A stretch of 64,000 nucleotides of DNA from Octopus vulgaris (GCA_951406725.2 OX597818.1:123008001-123072000), one strand, 5' to 3'; positions 25,722 to 40,717 are shown, counted from the first letter of the stretch. Notes: generated by a model from the letters alone, not told the origin. A program made the numbers and translations.

Positions 25722-26091
25722 CAGTAGAACCTCGCAGTACGAGTGCATCGTTGTGCGAGTAATTTGCTGTACGAGTCAAGACTCGAGTAGATTTTTGTCG
25801 TGAAATACGAGCAAACAAATCGTGCCATCTTTAAGGTAATTCAGTTAATAAAACCAGTTTACATATTTATTTTGCATTATGTTTTTTTTTTTATAATTGT
25901 CATTTTACTTGTATCTACACCTTTTCTGTGTTAAAACCCATAAAAATGATTATTCAATGCTTTTGGGTGTCTAGGACGGATTAATTATATTTTAGTTAAT
26001 TTCAATGAGGAAAACTGGATTTTAAAACGAGTAAATTGTGAGACGAGCTCGACCATGGAATGAATTAAACTTGTACTGCTAGGTATCACTG
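25722..26091. mobile_element. Tigger/pogo-like MITE
   Basis: TA|CAGTAGAACCTCGCAGTACGAG ... CTTGTACTGCTAGGTATCACTG|TA imperfect TIRs with TA TSD. Confidence 0.8.
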
Positions 26092-27138
26092 TATAAATAC
26101 ATATATACACACGAACACACTTCCAAAGTTCTTTAATGTTGCACAGTCATATAACAGGTTTTTAAAAAGTATTTTAAAAAACCTCTTAGTTTCACAGAAA
26201 ATGAAAATGTAAAACCATCCATAATGAAGTAGGTTTGACTTCTGGAGGTATGAGGAGAGATTTCATACTCACAGACGATATATTTATCCATAATTAGTCC
26301 ATAATAAAGTGGGTTTCCTGATGTATGATGATATACTGGTTACATTTCTGATCATTTCTCAAAACTGCTATGTTAGAATTCCATTTAGGTGAAGGAAATT
26401 TAGTGGAGCGTAGAGACAATCACTCACATAGGGTATAATGGGGTAACTGAGAGAAGAAGGGGTTGTAAATATCCAACTACGCAGAATAGTTTATTTCAGT
26501 GGAGACATACTGACTGGTACAGAATTTGCAAGAATCTAAGAGTTTTAAAGAGGAATGCTATTCTTGACCAATATACCGTTGTTAATTGCTATATAAAGAG
26601 GACACGGGAAGGTAATGGCGGGTCAAAGGTTGTCACTATAGGAAAGAGCATTAACAGATTTCAGTGCAACACTAGAAAGGAGGTCATTTAATTTATGTCT
26701 TTATTTATTAATATTACTACTTATACATTGGCAGACTTTGGGACTACATTTAGGGGTCAAAAGAAAGAATTGAGAGTATTGTTTTTCATAATGAAAAATC
26801 GTTATATTATTTTTATTTTTATGGGATTAGCAATAATTTACTTGTAGTATATAAAAGAATTACGAAGTCTTATTAACTTATTTGCTTTAAGTTGGTTTAC
26901 CTAAATTAGATTAAAAATTAGGTTAAATTAATTCAAATTATCTATATAGTCTATTAGAATGAAAATTTTTTTGCAACTAATTTATTTCTTTATGTTCCAA
27001 ATCTGGTACGGTTAGAGAGAAAATAACCATAGCTTATGAGCTCGCAGCTATCTATTTAAAATATATAATATATAAGAGTATTGCTGTATTAGTATAAGCA
27101 AGATAGACAAATCACAAAATGATTTTTATATACGATTA

Positions 27139-28178
<1,040 letters not shown>

Positions 28179-28210
28179 TTATATATATATAGATATAGAT
28201 AGATAAATAA

Positions 28211-28386
<176 letters not shown>

Positions 28387-28773
28387 TTCTATAATACTTA
28401 ATATCTCTCTATTTTTCCTGTATTTAATCATTGATTGATTCCGTGTTTACCTTTATATTTCTATAGTCACTGTTGATGTTTCCAAAAACTTCCGCACCTT
28501 TTCAGATTTTCCTTTTTTGATATAATTATCTGATTAAATTACTGAGACTTGACGTAGAAGTCAAGAATCCACTTCATATAGTGTCTTCAATCAATGGCAG
28601 CAAACTGAATTAAATTGAAATGGATTTTGTTCAATTCTCTGTAGTTCTCGACAAGTAACAGTTTTCTTGAATCACAAGTATCCTATTGATTAATATTATA
28701 TTACATAAGTAACATTAGACCAATATTTAAACAAAGATACATCGATACGCAATTTGATATACTCTTACATACA

Positions 28774-28857
<84 letters not shown>

Positions 28858-29049
28858 TAGATATGTATCTGTGTGTGTGTGAGAGAGAGAGAGAGAGTGT
28901 GTGTGTGTATAAATAAATATATATAAGAGCAGAAAATTTAAAGAAATTTTCTACCGGTGGCCAGTATGTGTAATAAAAGTCAATAGAAAACACACACACA
29001 CATACACGCACAGACACACAGACACACACACACAGACACACACACACAG

Positions 29050-29094
<45 letters not shown>

Positions 29095-29101
29095 CACGCA
29101 C

Positions 29102-29137
<36 letters not shown>

Positions 29138-29289
29138 ATACAGGCATACATTTGGACACGCACTTACATAAATTCATACATATATGAATGCTTATGCATA
29201 CGCATAATACATGCGTGGACGTATATCTACATACATACAGACATACACACGCACGTACATCCATCTATACATACAAAAATACATGCATA

Positions 29290-29820
29290 TATTCAAATGT
29301 AAACATGACAGGCTAGATATTATTGTTTACGACAGATGGGAAAAGTTAGGCACCATCATAGAAGTCAGCTGCCCTGCAGATATAAATACCTCTTTGAAAA
29401 TCAAAGAAAAGTGGATATATATGGACAACTGCTTAGAAACCTCCAGCTTCTGTATCCAGACTATGAATTCATATTCATACAAATAATAATCGGAGTGCTA
29501 GGTTTAGTTAGTAAATGCGTGAATGAGAATCTGGATAAAATGGGATTTTCAGAAAGAGATATCGACCAGCTCGTTCGTACAGTAAAAGTGCTATCTGTGA
29601 GTGAAACAGTAAATATATGCAAGACTTTTCTGAAGATCCAAATGTGAATTTGTGTGTGTTAACTACATCCCAAAGATGAAGCCATGTATCTTTGTTGGAA
29701 ACTGGCTCCCTCCTCAGTGGAAGATTTATAGTAATTAAAAAATAGAAGAGACATACACAGATCCCTGCTAGAATATACAATCCTCGAACCACAGTTGCGT
29801 TTTTGGTGCAGTAAAAATCT
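29290..29820 (+). pseudogene. 3' end of an R4/Dong-type non-LTR retrotransposon (restriction-like endonuclease domain), frameshifted
   Basis: KHDRLDIIVYD..K..TIIEVSCPAD.N...K.KEK / YGQLLRNL..LYP.Y....IIIG.LG across ORFs 29211 and 29336. Confidence 0.75.
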
Positions 29821-30062
29821 ATAATTCATACCTGTGATTATCCATTTGAATTTCCATGATTTCATGCACGCGCACAAATGATGCACACACAGACACACAC
29901 ACACACACACACTGACCCAGATATTAAGTGCAAACTACACTACAGCCAACTCCCAATCGCTGACTTAGACACGCTCTGGACCGCCTCACCGTTGGAGGGA
30001 AGGTGGTTGCACCAGCATCTGTTTCATATTCATGTCTCTCTTTATGCATGTATACATGTACA

Positions 30063-30160
30063 TACGAGCGAGTTGGTGAAAGTTCCTGACATTAAGGGTA
30101 TTGCAAAACGCCCAGTTGGAGGCCCCACCCACTGAGTTCTTTTACAGGACTGCTGTAGTA
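30063..30160 (+). mobile_element. Possible mariner-like left-end fragment
   Basis: TA|CGAG..gttggtgaaagttcctg.c.ttaaggg start resembles mariner TIRs. Confidence 0.4.
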
Positions 30161-30188
30161 AGTGTGTGAATCTGAGAGAGGGAATATG

Positions 30189-30405
30189 TATTTCTTTACT
30201 ACCCACAAGGGGCTAAACACAGAGAGGACAGACAGAGGGATTAAGTCGATTACATCGACCCCTGTGCGTAACTGGTACTTATTTAATCGACCCCGGAAGG
30301 ATGAAAGGCAAAGTCGACCTCGGCGGAATTTGAACTCAGAACGTAGCGGCAGACGAAATACCGCAAATCATTTCGCCCGGTGTGCTAACGATTCTGCCAG
30401 CTCGC
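30189..30405 (-). mobile_element. SINE S3
   Basis: Matches 13318 and 53273 copies; A/B-box-like head on minus strand. Confidence 0.85.
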
Positions 30406-30667
30406 ATGGTGAATAAAATCATAATTAACTGATCCTCCTGTATTTTGTTTTACCCAAAGTCGGGAACTTTAAAGCGCCCCCTCTTAGTATATATGCAAGC
30501 GTGTAAGTATCACTTACAACAATTATCTTCATAATGGAGGCTCAGGACGAAGCCAGCCTATCAAATCGCGGTGGAATCTTATCGAAGCTGACTTGAGCAT
30601 CTGAATCTGGAGGGGCCCATCCCTCTGTTGGTCGAACAGCAGACGTTTGCTTTCAGAGGGATATGAA

Positions 30668-30960
30668 GGGAAGGAGGAGGAGGAGGAGAAGGGAAAGTGA
30701 AGAAGAAGAAGAAGAAGAAGAAGAAGAAGAAGAAGAAGAAGAATGAAGAGGAGGTGGAGGAGGGACAGAAGAACAAAAGGAGAAGGAGAAGGAGGGGGAG
30801 GAGGAGGATAGGAGGAGCAGAAGAAAAAGAAGGAGAAGAAAAAGGAGAAGTAGAAGAAAAAGAAGGAGGAGGAGAAGGAGGAGGAGGAAGAGAAGCAGAA
30901 GAAGAAGAAGAAGAAGAAGAAGAAGAAGAAGAAGAAGAAGAAGAAGAAGAAGAAGAAGAC
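30668..30960 (+). repeat. Purine-rich (GAA/GGA)n tract
   Basis: ~290 bp almost exclusively A/G. Confidence 0.95.
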
Positions 30961-31535
30961 AAGATCATGGTTTCAATCTCTGGACTGGGATATACATGCG
31001 TGTATATGCCTAAAACAAACTGCAAAGACGAATATTTGTGACATACGCGATGTATAATAGTTCTATAAACACCGGATATCAACAATGATAATTTCGCTTA
31101 ATTATATTGTTATAATAATGTTTTCGGCATCTAAATACTTTTCACTCGTTTCACTAACTGCCGAATCAATTTATGAAAAGTAGTTTTCCGCGTATAGTAT
31201 GTACATGCATATAAACATACATGAATACACACACACACACGCACACATGCACACAAACAGACACACACATATATATATACACGCATGCAAATACATGTGT
31301 ATGTGCGTATGAGTTTGTGTGTGGGCGTGCTCTACGACATGCGTGCTAACTGGAGTAAACAGTTCTTCGTATATTTTTCTCGCACTCATACACATTAATG
31401 TATACATATATACATACATTCACACATACACGTACACACACACCCACGCACGTACACGCACACACACATACACATACACACATACCACAACTTTAACTTT
31501 GAAACAATTTAAAGAATATATATATATAGAGAGAG

Positions 31536-31585
<50 letters not shown>

Positions 31586-31590
<5 letters not shown>

Positions 31591-34330
31591 CACTGTTGGT
31601 CTTTACAGGCATAATCATTGTTGGTCTTTACAGGCCTCCCCAAGCACCTCTAAAGTGCTTTGAAGAGTGCCTTAGTAAAGTCAAGTCCTTCCTTCGGAAG
31701 TACAACTCCGGAGACATACTAGTGATGGGTGATTTTAACCTCCCTCATGTGAACTGGCCCACAAATACTCTGGAGTAAATGCTCTACATCAGATAGAGCA
31801 GCATCAGAACTGCTCTTTAATCTAATGGATGAATACTTCCTGACTCAGCTAGTGCTCGAACCAACGAAACAGAATAAAACGATCTTGGATCTGGTATTGA
31901 CCAATCACTCTAGCTTCGTTCACAGTATTTCAGCTGAAAAAACTCTCCTCTCAGACCACGACATGATACTCTGCAATTTCAATTCCCGACATATAAAAAC
32001 CAAACCAGCCAATCCCACTCCATGGCACTCATTTGACAACATAAACTTCCACAAAGCGGACTGGGGAGCAATCAGAAAGGATCTATCTTGCATCGACTGG
32101 TCTTTTACTCTCAATTCTACCCATACTGAGACCGCATGGCAGCACTTTGAAAACATTGTCACCTATACATGCTCTAAACACGCTCCCACGAAATCTACTA
32201 ACACAAACAGAAACCGGCTCCCTAAAAAGAAAAAAACACTCATCAGGCGCATCAAAAGACTCAACAAAAAAATCAACCAATTAAAATATTCCCACATACA
32301 ACATCCAAATTCAACAACAATGAAAAAGCTAGAGCTGGAAAAACTTCATCTACAGAATGACATGAAAACCTCCATTGAAAATCAAAGAGCTGTGGAGGAA
32401 CAGTGGGTAATCAAAAACATCAAACAGAACCCAAAAGTGTTCTATTCTTATGCAAATAAGCATAGAACCACTGTCTCACCCATTGGGCCATTGATTGATG
32501 CTAACGGCATTCCCCAACACGATGCTAAAGAAATGGCAGAAATACTGCAGAAACAATACTGCTCTGTCTTTAGTGTTCCCACTTATATTGACGCAAGAGA
32601 AGCAAACGAAGTTGACTCTCAACATAAAATCTCTGACATAACCTTCACTGCAACTGACATCATAGCAGCAATAAATGAGGTCAAATGCTACTCTGCTGTA
32701 GGCCCTGATAGATTCTCCGCTAGTCTCCTGAAGGAATGTAGACACCAACTTGCAGTCCCTCTGACCAACCTCTGGAGAAATTCGTTAGATGCAGGTTATA
32801 TATCGAAACAGTTTCTATCCCAGTCAATCATCCCGGTTTTCAAACAGGGAAACAGATCCCTCGCACTCAACTATCGCCCAATCTCACTCACCTCCCACAT
32901 CGTCAAAGTGTTTGAAAGAGTGTTAAGATCAAGGATAGCTGACTTCCTGGGGACCCACAAACTCCTAAATGCAAATCAGCATGGCTTTCGCTGTGGCAGG
33001 GACTGTCTAACACAGCTCTTACACCACATTGAAGATGTACTCAAAGCCTTGGGAACAGGTTCGAACTCTGATGTCATATATATTGACTCCAGTAAAGCGT
33101 TCGACAGGGTAGACCATAATATCCTACTCTCAAAATTGGCAAGTGTTGGAATCCGCGGAAAAGTTCTACACTGGATCAAGTATTTCCTGGCGAATAGAAC
33201 ACAACATGTTGTAGTTGATGGAGTCCACTCAAGCCCAGGAAAAGTCACCAGCGGTGTCCCCAAGGGGACTGTCTTGGGTCCGCTACTCTTCATAATCTAC
33301 ATAAACGACCTTTCCAGTGTCGTACATTACTGCAAAGTGAAAATATTTGCTGATGGCACTAAGCTCCAGCAAATCGTCAATGAAGAAGCAGACCGAACTC
33401 AACTCCAGTCTGATCTATATGCTGTGAGTCAATGGGCAGACAGAAACAAAATGCAACTGAACGAGGGAAAATTTGAGCTGATGCAGTTTGGAAGAAATTC
33501 CTCACTAAAACGGCCATACTCTTTTCCTTCAGGGGAACCGGTCACAGCCTCTAACAATATCAGAGACCTGGGTGTAATTGTTGATGACGATCTCAGTTGG
33601 AGTGCACACATCAACAAGAAGGTCGATATAGCCCGTAGGATGGGTTCCTGGATCTTAAGAACTTTCCGGTCCAGAGAACAAGGTGTCATCATACCACTTT
33701 TCTCCTCCTTTGTACGGCCACACCTCGAATACTGCTACCCACTGTGGTCTCCCCAAACAAGACAAAACATCTCAAGGATTGAGTCACCCCAGAGGGCACT
33801 CACTAAACGAATTGAAGGCATGGCTGCTCTCGATTATTGGGATCACCTTAAAGCCTTGAAACTTTACTCTCTCCAGCGTCGCCGTGAGCGGTACATCATT
33901 TGTACGATGTGGAGAATATACCGCCAACTCTGCCCAAACGACCTGAACATTAGCTTCAAGGTTCATCCAAGACTGGGACCACGGGCCATACGTCCCCTGT
34001 CCAATTCAAGATCACAGCATACATGTACACTACAACATAATTTCTTTTCCTCAACAGGCCCTGCCCTATTTAACATTGTCCCGAAAGAGATCAAAGAGGA
34101 ACAGGATCCCATCAACTTTAAACGGAGTCTGGATAGATTCCTTCAAGGAATACAAGATAAGCCACCCATAGTTGGATAAAACTCACCCAACAAAAACTCA
34201 CTACTTGAATGGACCATAAACAAAACTTGACTTAAACAGGATTCAAATAATCCTATCAGGTGGTGCTATTAAGTTAGACATGGCCTAGACCAATCATTAG
34301 TCGAAACATATCTAAGTTTATCTAAGTTTA
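31586..34330 (+). mobile_element. 5'-truncated CR1-group LINE inserted between TA arrays
   Basis: Partial APE endonuclease (GLYRPP, VMGDFNLP, LDLVLT, SDH) plus RT; 3' UTR stem-loop and (tctaagttta)2 terminus. Confidence 0.92.
31596..34230 (+). pseudogene. LINE ORF2 (endonuclease/reverse transcriptase), inactivated
   Basis: ORF 31825-34179 has NYRPISLTS, QHGF, DSSKAFD, GVPKGTVLGP, FADGTK (second catalytic D lost); frameshift relative to 31596-31778; premature TAA at 34177 followed by NSPNKNSLLEW, matching the 62803 paralog. Confidence 0.9.
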
Positions 34331-34337
34331 TACATAC

Positions 34338-34923
<586 letters not shown>

Positions 34924-34946
34924 TGTATATGTATATATATATATAG

Positions 34947-35057
<111 letters not shown>

Positions 35058-35076
35058 CATACACATATATATACCT

Positions 35077-35111
<35 letters not shown>

Positions 35112-35155
35112 CAAACTCATACATATGTATATATATGTGTGTGTGCAGGCTCCTC

Positions 35156-35205
<50 letters not shown>

Positions 35206-35739
35206 TGTATATATACATGTAGATGTAGGTACGTACATATATGTATGTATATATGCATATGTTTTTTATTACTTTGTTATTATATGAGGGAACGCACGCA
35301 TCCATTTCTAAGTAAGATTGTTCTTAATATTAATAATGATGCGCACTCTTAACCTTTTTGCCTCCCTCCCTTTCTCAGCCTTCATTCTTTCTGGTTTTCT
35401 TTTTTTCTACCTTACTCTCTCTCCCTCTCTCTTTCATTCTTCATTCTTTCTGGTTTTCTCTACAACCATTCCATTCCCCCCTCTCTATTACTCCTCCTCT
35501 GTCCTCTCGTTGACCAGCGACGAGAAAACTACTGTCTTTCTGACCTCGCTTCCCTCGAGCGTAGACGGCTTTTCTGTGACTGAGAATGAAAAAGGAATCT
35601 ATTTATGAAATCCTAATACTAGGAATCAGTGGCTTGGTTCCGACCAGGCTTCAGAATGTGTCAAACAGGGGTGGTGTGTTTGGTGGAATTTAGGGCGAAT
35701 GTAGCACTTTGAGCTTGATGAAGTGGTTATACTGTGAAC

Positions 35740-36170
35740 ACTAACCTAAATGTTTAAAAATTGCAGGGAGAATATGATGATGAGTACGGCATGACAGCGC
35801 CACAACACATACTGCCAATGTGACCAAGCAACAATTTGAGAAAGTTGAGGAGCTGGAAGAGCTCCATCATTCTGCCTACAGTCCACACATTGCGCCATCA
35901 AACTACCGACTTTTCCGAGCATTGACTCATTTCTTGCATGGAAGGAGGTCCAACGATGTAGACGAGGCTGGAATGAAACGAACGCAGGGAGGTTTTGCAT
36001 CTAAACCTAACAAAAGTATAAGCGTGGAATTGATCTTCTGGTAGAACGGCGGCAAGTGACAATAGAGCATAGTAGGATATATTTTGCTGAATAAACGCAT
36101 TTCGTATGTAACTTATTTCAACTATTAATTAAAGCTTGAAATACGAAGAAGTTTTGACTCAACCTTCTAT
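35740..36170 (+). pseudogene. Mariner transposase C-terminal remnant
   Basis: HSAYSPHIAPSNYRLFRALTHFLHGRR, matching the YSPDLAPSDY motif. Confidence 0.8.
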
Positions 36171-36202
36171 ACGTATGTACGTGTCTATACACACACACAC
36201 AC

Positions 36203-36242
<40 letters not shown>

Positions 36243-36302
36243 CTATAGCTATCTATAAAGCTGTCTGTCTGTCTATCGATGTATGTAATGTATGTATGTA
36301 TG

Positions 36303-36363
<61 letters not shown>

Positions 36364-36699
36364 CACCAACTTATAAAGCGTATTGCGCTCATTACATCAT
36401 ATTTTATATTTTATTAAATTTCCTTAAATGTCATATACTATTACATTGCAGAATTTTATGATGCGTTAGGCTGTATTATATTTTATACTATTTTGTATCA
36501 TATTACTCTACGCCAATTAACTGATTTCATTTTACCTTATATATATTTTTACGTATCTTTATTTTATATTTTGATTTTTTTTTAGATTACGCAAACATTT
36601 TTGTTTCTTAAGGTATACCTTCATACATATTATATATGTTTATTATAAACTTTTGCTCGTAAATTGTATTTACTTGTTTGCTTTAATTTCATTTCTTAA

Positions 36700-37085
36700 C
36701 TAGCAGTATCGCCCGGCGTTGCTCAGGTTTGTAAGGGAAATAACTATAAAGCATTTTTAGAGAGTTATAGCCAAAAAATAGCCAAAAAATGGAAAAAAAA
36801 TGATGGTAAATTTTTTTTTGAGAGTAAAAAAAGGTTGAGTTGCGTCCCCTAGACAGTCTGTGGTTTGTTTTTTTTTATTCTCGACCCCATGTCGAATTTA
36901 TCGATTTTTTCAGAACTGGGGGAACTTTTCAAAATTTTCGCTGCGTTAGTTTTGAATTATGACATTGGGCTATGTGTGTGTCAAGTTTCATCAGAATCGG
37001 TTGAAAGCCGTGGTCAGAGTGAGGGTACGAGAAAACAGACACGCAGAAACACGCACAGACAAACTGCCGTTTATATAGAGAGAGA
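36700..37085 (-). mobile_element. Non-autonomous Helitron, mosaic of family A (3' part) and family B (5' part)
   Basis: CTAG end and hairpin; 36700-36820 matches the 10219 copy, 36845-37085 matches the 40718 copy. Confidence 0.85.
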
Positions 37086-37269
37086 TTTCTGTCATTTTAG
37101 AATTTTAATTCTTCATTTTTAAGCTTCCTAATTTCGAAATATTTTATTTTTATTTTGAATCAAACACAAATTTCACACACACACACATAATGATTTTTGA
37201 CCAAAATATCTTTAACTCTAGCAGAATTGTTACTCTTGAATGTTTAAATGGCACAGCGTTATATTTGGC

Positions 37270-38012
37270 AATTAATCATGGATTTCCTGAAACGGCGTCA
37301 CATAACATCTGATGCACGTTAGCATGCGCTTTGATTCTCGATAGGAATAATAAGCTCATATCCGCGGGTGCCGGAAAACTTCGTGTTCTATCAATGTAGG
37401 TTTTTCTTAACACCCTAGCCACATTTGGTAACAATTTGATACAGAGTTTGACCAACTTAGCACCAACTTGGCGTTTGATGAGGCTTTTTAAACCAGACAA
37501 TGTTCTAAAAAAACACCCACATAAATTGCACCTCTGATTTGGACCACCCAATACCTGCAGATAAGATCTGCTCTTTGTGGATCTTAACATGTCTTTTGAG
37601 GCCTCCGTTGGATTTGCAAACCTTCTGGTATAAACTGCTTTCAAAGGTGTGCACAGACATATAGTCAGAATAGTTGGTGGATGTTCGTTTTCCATGCGTT
37701 CGCAGATGAGATATGAGGCCAGCCAAAGACAGGCATGGTCTGTCACAGACTATACACACAAAAAGGTCATTGTCATTCACCTTCTCGATCGTAACATTCT
37801 TCCATAGATCTTTTTGAGTCTTACTTGCGTTAACCTGGCCTCTTCAAATGATTTTACTCCACTCCACACCTTTGTTCGCCATCCAACTCGATCCGAAGAA
37901 AGGGTTTCTGTATCTTCTGGAACTATTCCACGTGACTTCATAGTAGTCCTTGCACCTTTCTTAAACCTTTTTTAGGTTTACGCCGATAGAGTTTCCCCTC
38001 TGGAAGCTCACC
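37270..38012 (-). pseudogene. RTE-like LINE 3' remnant with degenerate C2H2 zinc fingers
   Basis: ELPEGK...KPKKR segment near 37970-38010; FVCIVCDRPCLSLAGLISHLRTH, KVCKSNGGLKRHVKIH, CNLCGCFFRTLSGLKS. Confidence 0.65.
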
Positions 38013-38022
38013 ATAAAACAGC

Positions 38023-38181
<159 letters not shown>

Positions 38182-38824
38182 GGACAAATTTATATTGTTT
38201 GCTCTCAACCGAAGCAAGGCTCTATAACGCCAAGTCTTAAAACACTTGGCAGTCATAGACAGTTGCGATTGACAAGCAAAAAACATACGTTGATCACGTG
38301 TCGTCAATAATGTTTACAACACTAATTCATACTTAAATATATTATTACGTAATCATCGCCGTGGCATACCACCAAATGGTTTTAACACTGTTTGTATATA
38401 ATCATGATTTCCAATTCGGTTCGGGTTTGTGGTGTTGATAAGCCACAAAATAGCGAAGCATTGATGTGCTTCTCTCCAGCATTGGATTCGGGGTGAATTG
38501 TCTCGTGTGTCTATAACGTTCAGGTATTTTAACATCCAGCACTTTGAGGGAGTCATCCCCATCGCGTTAATGGCAGCCTGTCGGTGAACAACTGCTGAGA
38601 GTTCGCTTTAGTATGTGTGGTCGATAATGTATGTATATGTATATATATGCATTTATAGGCGCAGGCGTGGCAACGTGGTAAGAAGCTTCCTTCCCAACCA
38701 CATGGTTCCATGTTCCGTTCCACTGCATGTAGCATCCTGGGCAAGTGTCTTCTACAATAGATTTGTGCCGACCAAAGCCTTATCGGTGGATTTGGTGGTG
38801 AAAACTGAATTAATCCCGTCGTGT

Positions 38825-38871
<47 letters not shown>

Positions 38872-38876
38872 CGTAT

Positions 38877-38915
<39 letters not shown>

Positions 38916-38927
38916 GCAATAATAATT

Positions 38928-38972
<45 letters not shown>

Positions 38973-38974
38973 TG

Positions 38975-39008
<34 letters not shown>

Positions 39009-39057
39009 CACACGCACGCATACAACCCCGCACACATACATACACACACATACGAAA

Positions 39058-39222
39058 TATATAATTATATAAATATAATTATAATAAGGGCACTAATATA
39101 TAGCGCCGCATACTAGAAATACCTGTGGAACTAATGTAGTTCTCAGAGCGATTTGGCGTCTATTTCTAGTATGTGGTGTAATTCATTAGCGCCTTATTAT
39201 AATTTATATTTATATAATAATA
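39058..39222. repeat. Imperfect inverted repeat (MITE-like)
   Basis: ttataataaggggcactaat...catactagaaata mirrored by tatttctagtatg...attagcgccttattataa. Confidence 0.6.
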
Positions 39223-39506
39223 TATTTTGCATTAAGATTTTACCAATATGGTCTTATCACAAGCTGACTACTGGATAAAGTATTATTGATATTTTATCCT
39301 TGATCATATATGTATGTATGTATGTATGTATGCATGTATGTATGTATGTATGTATGTATGTATGTATGTATGTATGTATGTATGTGTGTATGTATGTATG
39401 TATGTATATATATATATATATAATATATGTAAACAGTAAAAAATAAATACAGACATGGACAAGAACATGAAACACCAAAGAGACGACACAAGAACCACAG
39501 GACGGG

Positions 39507-39654
39507 ACATTCGAAGCCCTCAGTCATCAGTCAAGAACCAGATCATCTTCGCAATTTCGGCTGATTAATCTTGAGATTGCTCCGATCTGGGCAGCCCCCC
39601 AAAGGAAAATCTAAGCCAAGCGCATTAGATCCCTTGGAAGAAAGCTTCGAATGT
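39507..39654 (-). ncRNA. Highly structured RNA with hammerhead segments in non-circular order
   Basis: Closing stem acattcgaagc/gcttcgaatgt; GCAA-TC-TCAAGA, TCAGCC-GAAA-TTGC and TCTTGA-CTGATGA-CTGA segments. Confidence 0.55.
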
Positions 39655-40053
39655 ATACAACACGAGGACGGAAAACGAACGGAGTACACGAACAAAGATA
39701 CAGAATACGTGACACCAATAAGAATACAAAAACGTAAAAACAATAACGGTAAAGATAAAAAACAAAACAAAACCAGGACGTAGGACAAGGGTCTTTCGAC
39801 AGGACGAGTTGAGTTGGGGCTGGCTTATGAAGTAGTGCCTAATGGCCGCAGGGAGACAAACAAATACGTGTTGCTTCGACGACTGCTGGAACGAAAAGGG
39901 CGCTCAGCAGTGGCTAGCGGTCACGTGGGAACAAAAGACAGGAGAAAGGGACAGATGAAGAGGGATAGAAGTTGGACGAGGGAGGAGAAGAAAGAGACAG
40001 ATCGAGGGGACTGGAGGTGAGAGAGATAGATAAACATATATATATATATATAC

Positions 40054-40099
<46 letters not shown>

Positions 40100-40717
40100 G
40101 TCTGTATGTATGTATGTATGTCTGTATATATATGTACATATATATATACATACATATATATATATATATATATATGTCTGTCTGTCTGTCTGTCTGTCTG
40201 TATGTATGTATGTATGTATGTGTGTATGTATGTATGTATATGTTTGAACATATCTATGTCTGTGTGTATCTGTATTTGCTCACCCAAATAATTTGATGAC
40301 CGGTGATGTGTTTACGTCTCCGTAAATCAGCGGTTGGGCAAAAGAGAACCGATAAAATAAGTAATAGGCTTTAAAAAAGTAAATCCTTGAGTCTATTTGT
40401 TCGACCAAAAGGAGGTGCTCAGCAAGACCGCAGTCAAATGACTGAAAAAAAATTTAAAAGATAAAACATAAATGACTTGTAGGTACGTGGTACAAAACTT
40501 TACTGTTTACATGCCAGCCTTAGGAATGCGTGTAAAATGTAAATTGGTTTATCCAATATAACTTAACGCAGATGTATGCGGCGGCTATATAAACAATGTG
40601 TTCGGAACCAGTAGTGGGTTAGATGAGTGCTGAATAAGGGGAACAAACCCGCTAAATATGGCTCATTACCCATTTTCGTCTCATTACCTACGCACTCATT
40701 TCCCACTTATGTCTATA

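Noticed and set aside
34274-34316. LINE 3' UTR TTAGA...GTC-GAAA-CATA-TCTAA read as a hammerhead
   Set aside because: No CUGANGA equivalent, and the paralog at 62721 lacks GAAA; better explained as an RT recognition hairpin
39538-39600. HDV-like reading of the structured element (GGCTG/CAGCC as P1, CCAGATC/GATCTGG as P2, GCGAA as J4/2)
   Set aside because: No L3 consensus, P1.1 or P4; the hammerhead segments fit better, though these pairings may be a competing fold
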